From Anthoceros angustus (Eukaryota; Plantae; Anthocerotophyta): a DNA stretch of 64,000 bases. Position numbers and translations under genes: made by a program. Positions 58,306 to 64,000 of the stretch are shown here, one piece after another. Under the pieces are notes generated by a model. The model saw nothing but the letters and a program-made list of their open reading frames with translations, was not told the DNA's origin and ran no database searches. Numbering within the stretch: position 1 is the first letter of the stretch; every line of letters starts with the position of its first letter. The stretch spans positions 62,001-126,000 of the forward strand of contig MU008149.1 of NCBI GenBank assembly GCA_010909165.1, in the 5' to 3' direction.

Positions 58306-59811
58306 TCACAAGCCTTTCGGCCCGGACCATCTTAAAACAGTGCAGACAACGAAGGATCCTCCAGCAACAATAGCTAGTTTTGCCCTGGCGAGCGGAGATC
58401 TGTTTTGCTGTACTGGGAGACCTTGCACAACCCCACCATTTCTAAGGCTCGCATCTCTGGGGAGAGACACATCTTGTTCAGCAGGTGTCCGGTCAGCAGT
58501 CACCAATAGAGAGCCACGGGAAGTCTTAAGCCACGTGAAAACTGCAGGAGTAACAAGTCGGCACTTCTTCACCTTAATCTTCACTAGATTCGGACAACCA
58601 CTTGCCAGTGCCTCAATACCAGTATCAGATATTGGACAAGCCTTGATGCATAGCTTCTTCAAGGACACACACTTTGCAGCTATACAAGAGAGTTCAGAAT
58701 CACCAAAGGTCTGGCTGTTACACAAAGCAAGTCTCTCAAGAGAGAGGCAGTTTGTTGCAATAGTGCTTATGCTGGCCACAGTGGCATTGAGGCTGATCAA
58801 GACCAGCTCCTGCAGTTCCTGACACTTCCTGGCTATTGTGATAAGACCCTCATCTCCAACCCGACTAGACTTTGAACCATCAACATGTAGCTTCCGTAAG
58901 CGCCTGCATCCAGAAGCCACTGCTGATAGTCCGAAGTTGGTGCACTCCGGAGCTTTACCCACATGCAGGACTTCAAGGTCCTTCCAGCGAGAAATAGACT
59001 GCAGTCCTTTGTCAGTCAACTGCAATTTGTCGATATGCAGTTCAACCAGGCCAGGGACGTGATCGGTGATGATATCGAGGAGCTCGTCCCAGTTGCCCGT
59101 ATTCTTCGACAGCATCAGCGTGTGTAACTTCCTTGAACCAGCAATCAGAGGTGCGAACAATTGCGCGTTGAAGAGATCTTTCAAGCAAAGTCTCCGTATT
59201 TTCCCGGCTCCAGGTTGAATATACTCCGCAGGAAGATCATGCAGACCTCTCAGTCTCTTCACAGTCAAATCCTCGAGATTGATGCAGTGTTTCAAAATCG
59301 CATTCAGGCCACGAGACCCGAAGCCACACGAACCACACGACAACTTTTTCAAATGAGCGCATAGTTTCGCAAAAGCTTCCACCCCGTCGTTTGTCAGGTC
59401 TTTGCAGCCCTTGAGCTTTAATTTTCGGAGCTGCTTACAGTGCCTGCCCACCAGAACCAGGGCCCGATCATCCATCCCAGGGGTCTTCCTCTCGCACTTC
59501 AGAGCCAGCTTGGAGACATTCTCGAACCTCTGCAGAAGGGCCGGAAGATGCGAAATGATCTCCTTATGTCCCTTCAGAGTCAATCGTTGCCTGTCCTGTC
59601 CATCAACAAAATGCCACCGCTTACACACCAGGGAGCAGCTGTTCCGTTCGTCAGTGTTCAGCTTCTGAAACACCAAAGCAAGACATTCGTCGGGAAAGAG
59701 CTGCGTGAGATCGAAAGTCCCCTTTGCCACCTCCTTCTGCACGGCTTCGTGCTGCTCTTCCTCCTCCTGCTGGCCTGACGCGCAGGCCACCGACGACGTC
59801 CCCTGCCCCAT
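58306..59811 (-). CDS. SKIP2: F-box/LRR protein, VFB/SKIP2 family (intronless, 501 aa)
   Basis: MGQ N-terminus; F-box PDECLALVF...CSLVCKRW; KLALKCER, LKKLSCGSCGFG, LEDLTVKRLRG, LRKLHVDG, LERLALC, LKKLCIK.CPISD.G and GCPNLVKIKVKKCR. The first ATG is at 59811. Confidence 0.93.
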   Translation of the reverse strand: MGQGTSSVACASGQQEEEEQHEAVQKEVAKGTFDLTQLFPDECLALVFQKLNTDERNSCSLVCKRWHFVDGQDRQRLTLKGHKEIISHLPALLQRFENVSKLALKCERKTPGMDDRALVLVGRHCKQLRKLKLKGCKDLTNDGVEAFAKLCAHLKKLSCGSCGFGSRGLNAILKHCINLEDLTVKRLRGLHDLPAEYIQPGAGKIRRLCLKDLFNAQLFAPLIAGSRKLHTLMLSKNTGNWDELLDIITDHVPGLVELHIDKLQLTDKGLQSISRWKDLEVLHVGKAPECTNFGLSAVASGCRRLRKLHVDGSKSSRVGDEGLITIARKCQELQELVLISLNATVASISTIATNCLSLERLALCNSQTFGDSELSCIAAKCVSLKKLCIKACPISDTGIEALASGCPNLVKIKVKKCRLVTPAVFTWLKTSRGSLLVTADRTPAEQDVSLPRDASLRNGGVVQGLPVQQNRSPLARAKLAIVAGGSFVVCTVLRWSGPKGL

Positions 59812-61798
59812 GGATTCACCGCGAAAACATGCGGCCAGAATGGCCACCAGAGAAGCCAGTTGGAACCACCACTACCACACCACCAAAATCCAACCTGGCC
59901 CACACCCTCCACGCATGCAAAACTTCGCCAGTTTCCAGATCACACAACACACCAGGAGTTCAAGACTTTCAAGCGCGATCTCCCCATTTCAAACTTGGGC
60001 TGATCCAGTCCACAAGCTCCACACCCCCCTTCACTTCACACCACAAGCAGAGCTTAGCCGGTCGACCAGCCCTAGGAGGGCGCCCGCCGAAAACCCCCGC
60101 ATAAGAGCGCCACTGTAGGACAACCACTAGCAAACCCTGGCTCAAGGGGGAATGCACTTGGTCTGTGAGACGAGCCCGCCAGCCTTGCGATCCTCGCTTG
60201 CCTTCAGGCTGGCAGCCGACACTCTCGTGAAACACTCCTTCCAGCCAGAGCCGAATGTGCGGAGAGTGCGGCCTGGCAGCGGGGAAGCTGCTGCAGGCAG
60301 TCCAAGGCTGCACCCGCGCACCGAGCATGTGCCAGGCACTGGCTGCGGCAGCTCTGAGAGTAAACGATGGCGACTATCCAAATGGGGCGGATCGGGACCG
60401 GACGACCGACTAAACAAAACAAACAAATATGTTCCAAAATGAGAAACCGAGAAGCGTTCAACCACTCCCTCCCACCCTACCTTTTACAGTAACTTACCCG
60501 GAAAGATTCCGGATGAGAAACATCCCGTTTCATACGGCCGGGCTCGGCAGATCAAGCTGGAAGCCGCAGAGCGGCGTGCTGTGGAGGCTCCATCTGGCGT
60601 CCTGGCTTGTCAGGGCCGTCCCCCGTCCTGGAGCCAGAGCAGTGTTGCTGGATTGTTGCGTCGGGTGAGGCTGTGATTCAAAGAACATGCTTATCCGAGC
60701 AAATCGGGTCTGCGTAGTTTGTTTTGTGTGTGAGGTCTGAGTGCAGGAGGAGACTCTGATCATACAGGCTTAGGGCGGCTGAAGAATCAAGATGAGCCAT
60801 GGGGATCCAAATCCGGATCCCGCTACTTTTCCAGCCCGGAGAGGTGAGGCGGGGGGCGAGGAGAGCACCAAACTGAGGGCCTTTTCGGCATGCGCAGGTT
60901 CCTATCTCTATGGATGTCGACGGTGCCAGAAGGCGCTTGACTAGGCCGACGAATCCTACCGTCCAGGATGTATGTGTAAGAAGAGATGTACGTTTGAGAC
61001 TGAAGCAGCTTGCATGCATTCCATGCCGGCTACCGTCCCGTGTTTTTCCACTTTTATTATCTGTGCGTGATGGGAACATCGTTTTTGTGTTCAGCTCTGG
61101 GGTTGGTGTTTTCCAGGGGATTGGCCACAGCTGAATACTGAAGTACGAACAACCTAACGGCTCTGGTTTTGTGATTTGCAGGTCAGGGTGGAAGGACTAG
61201 CTCGTCCTCTTGTGATGGGGATCTTTCCAACTGCCAGGCCTGGAAGTCGAATGTCCAAACAGCTGAGGAGGTCGAGGACAAACATGAATGAACTATGTAT
61301 ATTTCCCCCGCGAACGTTTGTTGACTCCATATCTGTTGAGAATAATTGTACCCAGCAGCAACAATGACCGGTGCTCTGAACGCACTAACAGCGAGTGCGC
61401 TGCGTCACTAAGTACAGGGTCAGGTTGGCACATGCATCTTCTATGTGTATCTCGCTGATATGATGCTGGACACTCTACGCCAGTTGCAACAGAAATCTAA
61501 GATGCCAAGTTCGATGTCAGTTGGACAGTCAGGGTCAAGATTGGAGAACCATGTGGTTTGAGTGCTGTAGCAGGCAGGACATCTGCTGCACAGCTGCAGG
61601 CAGGGATGACATGTCGTAACATGTCCTGCTTTATATGTCAACGTCTGATATTCACGGGACACCTGGCTTTGAGACAGGACACAGCACCAGAATGCTACAG
61701 ATACGAGTATTACCAGTCTGCTGCGCGTGTCCAATGAAGATATCAGCGGTTCTCTGTGCGAAGCTGAAGATAAACACTGGTCGCCTCATGATAACTTT

Positions 61799-64000
61799 CT
61801 ACCAGGATGCGCTACATATTATGCTGCAACCCCAACCCTGCTAGACTCGCCCTCAATCTGCCTATGCCACCGCCAGTCTCTGCGCTCACCATCATCTAGT
61901 CACAAGTAAGAATAACGTTATCAGAGACGTCCAGCAGTCAATAATTTCTAACATGAGAGATTGTACCAAAAGAAATCATACCATGGGTTGAACCAGGACT
62001 TTGTAGTGTTCGAGAGCCTGCCACCAACAAGCTCAGCATAACCATAGCATGTGGGCCTTGCAAATGTGGTAAGCACCCAGAGAGTGACATGTTACCTCTT
62101 GAATTCGGGTAGCTTGGCGAGCAATATCTATCGGAAAAAGTTGATCCGTCTTCGTTAGCACAATCTGGACGCGCGTTCCAGCACTGTGCAGGGAAAAGCA
62201 AGGAGGGATTCTCAGCTATTGGAGGCAAGACATCTTGGTCAAGGATGAAACATTCAGGATAATACCCCTCCATTAGATCGAGATACTCAATGTCCCTGGA
62301 TTTCAATCCCCACTTCACATCAACAAGCATGCACACTCTCTTCAGCTCCTTCCGTTCAACAAGATACTCTTTCACCTGCAAGTCGATGTCACACAAATCA
62401 AGATAAACGTTCTTTCCAACGAATATCACAATACTTACAGGCCGACATCATTCACAACGCAGCTCAAACAGGTAGACTGTACCAGCTCCTCCCAGGCTGT
62501 CTTTTTCTGCTCCTTGGCATATGCAAAACCGTATCCAGGTAAATCAACGAGGCATAGTTGTGATCTCAATGTGAAAAAGTTGACGGTCTGCCAACACAGA
62601 ACAAAGATAATCCTCAGACACTGTCGACCAAGTCCAGATTCATAAGGCGAGTACACCTCAGACCTGTCACCACTAGCTTTGGAAGTACCAGTTTCCACCT
62701 ACTTGTGTGAGACCTGGTTTATCCGAAGTCCAGGCAACGCCCCATCGTCTTGTCAAAGCATTCAGAAGAGATGATTTCCCAACGTTTGACCTGCCTACAA
62801 GCAGCAGAATCCTGCCTCAGCACGACATGGATCACAAAACTTGAGACCTTGGCGCTATGCGAGGAATCAAAAGAGCTTACCTAGAAATGCCACTTCTGGC
62901 AGGTTCAACTGAGGAAGTGACGATGATTGCTTTGCAGCAGCTGCAAACACCAGTTTATGAGTAAACAGCTGCAACCAAACAGCCATAGAAAAGCTTCAAA
63001 CAATTAAACCATACAAGCTTAAATCCTGAGAAGGTTTAAACAGCTGCAACAGAAGTCGGCTCGACACAAAATCCCAACCTTTGAACCAAACTCCGTATCA
63101 ATTGGTGCCCGCATTGTGAGATCATATCCACTCCTACGCAATTCCGTTGATCTCCGTCGTCCAAGCTTCTGTTACGCCACGATTCCATCTCAGTTGGTGT
63201 TCACTGGGACAACCGACATATGGCAGGTCTAGGACTCTCACTTGCTCCTCAATGAAGTCCAGCAGCTCTTGGTGAGGTTGGATTGCACGAAACTGGGCGT
63301 TTTTTGAGATGGCCACTGCCTCGACTTCTGGCTCCTTCTTTGCTGCAAACAAACCGGTTATGGAGATCAGGTTAAAGCATGAAAAACACTTAGGTCAACA
63401 CGTGGGCCGGACATACCAGTTGTCTGCACAGATAAAGCAGGTTCGATGAAGCGCTTGTTGGAGCTGTCACGGGGGTTGATCCTCATCACCCGTTTAGTGG
63501 ACTTTTTCCTCGGCAAGTGCTGTTCTCTGTATTCATCGCCGAAGGACTGTTGGGAAAAAGTTTCAGGATCATCACCCCAATTTTTCTTCACAAGAGGAAA
63601 CGATCTGAATTTCCTGCTTGCATGCGGTGCACTCCTGCCCTGGTCCACTACTGGGGACTTCCTGCTTGTGCCATCCTTGCCGGAGCGAACAGGCTGTCGT
63701 TTGGAAGCTGGCACGTATGTCTGATACAACCGGGTCTGCAAGCTGGTGTAGTGGGAGAGGCGACTAGACCAAGAATGTGCCAGGCCAGGTAGTTTGCCAA
63801 GCCTGCATTGTGGAACTGCAAAACAGGGCACACAGCGGCCAGGTGAAATCCCTGCACAGCTTCCGCTGTAGTTGATAGTAGGTGAGACACGCTGCAGGGA
63901 CCCATTCTTTAGCACAAGCAACTGACCCATGTGTAACAGTTGGCGAGCTACTAAAGAAGCCCTGCAAAGCAAAGCGTCATCTGGTCTGGAGCCCAGAGCT
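61799..64000 (-). CDS. EngB: EngB/YihA (YsxC)-family ribosome-biogenesis GTPase, multi-exon, probably organelle-targeted; start at 63930 or beyond the window
   Basis: Short GT-AG introns separate G1 (PEVAFL|[14 protein letters not shown]), G2 (SDKPGLTQ|TVNFF), G3 ([10 protein letters not shown]), G4 (IVLTKTD) and G5 ([15 protein letters not shown]). It has a long basic N-terminal extension. Confidence 0.92.

Noticed and set aside
59812-61790. ORFs between the F-box and EngB genes
   Set aside because: No recognisable domains. They are more consistent with F-box 5' UTR/promoter and EngB 3' UTR.

Overview
This is eukaryotic land-plant nuclear DNA. A non-seed plant such as a bryophyte is likely, but that is inference from the TE repertoire and the short introns. 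Conserved genes sit at both ends: the 3' part of the spliceosomal DEAH helicase PRP22 (+, to 1690), an intronless VFB/SKIP2-type F-box/LRR gene (-, 58306-59811), and a multi-exon EngB/YihA GTPase (-, 61799 to the window end). Between them is about 55 kb of transposon debris. Its core is a four-level nest whose junctions can be read from target-site duplications (TSDs): a short-LTR Copia (6965-41570) contains a one-ended CCCTA-terminated CACTA derivative (10272-38612, TSD TAA), which contains an RLE-type CRE-like non-LTR retrotransposon (11032-37988, TSD CTTATTCATT), which contains a 24.7-kb CCCTA...TAGGG CACTA element (11576-36274, TSD AAG). Also present are a 1.6-kb non-autonomous CCCTA element (TSD AGT), a second related Copia, a degenerate accessory ORF studded with 14-bp palindromes at 21-bp period, a scrambled chromoviral Gypsy with a solo LTR, and a tRNA-Val pseudogene or SINE head. 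The most novel-looking signal is that both related Copia elements share an unusual layout: a coiled-coil ORF between PBS and gag, plus an antisense gene in the 3' region, apparently spliced in one of them. Many indels and tandem re-copies inside the large CACTA may be long-read assembly artefacts.
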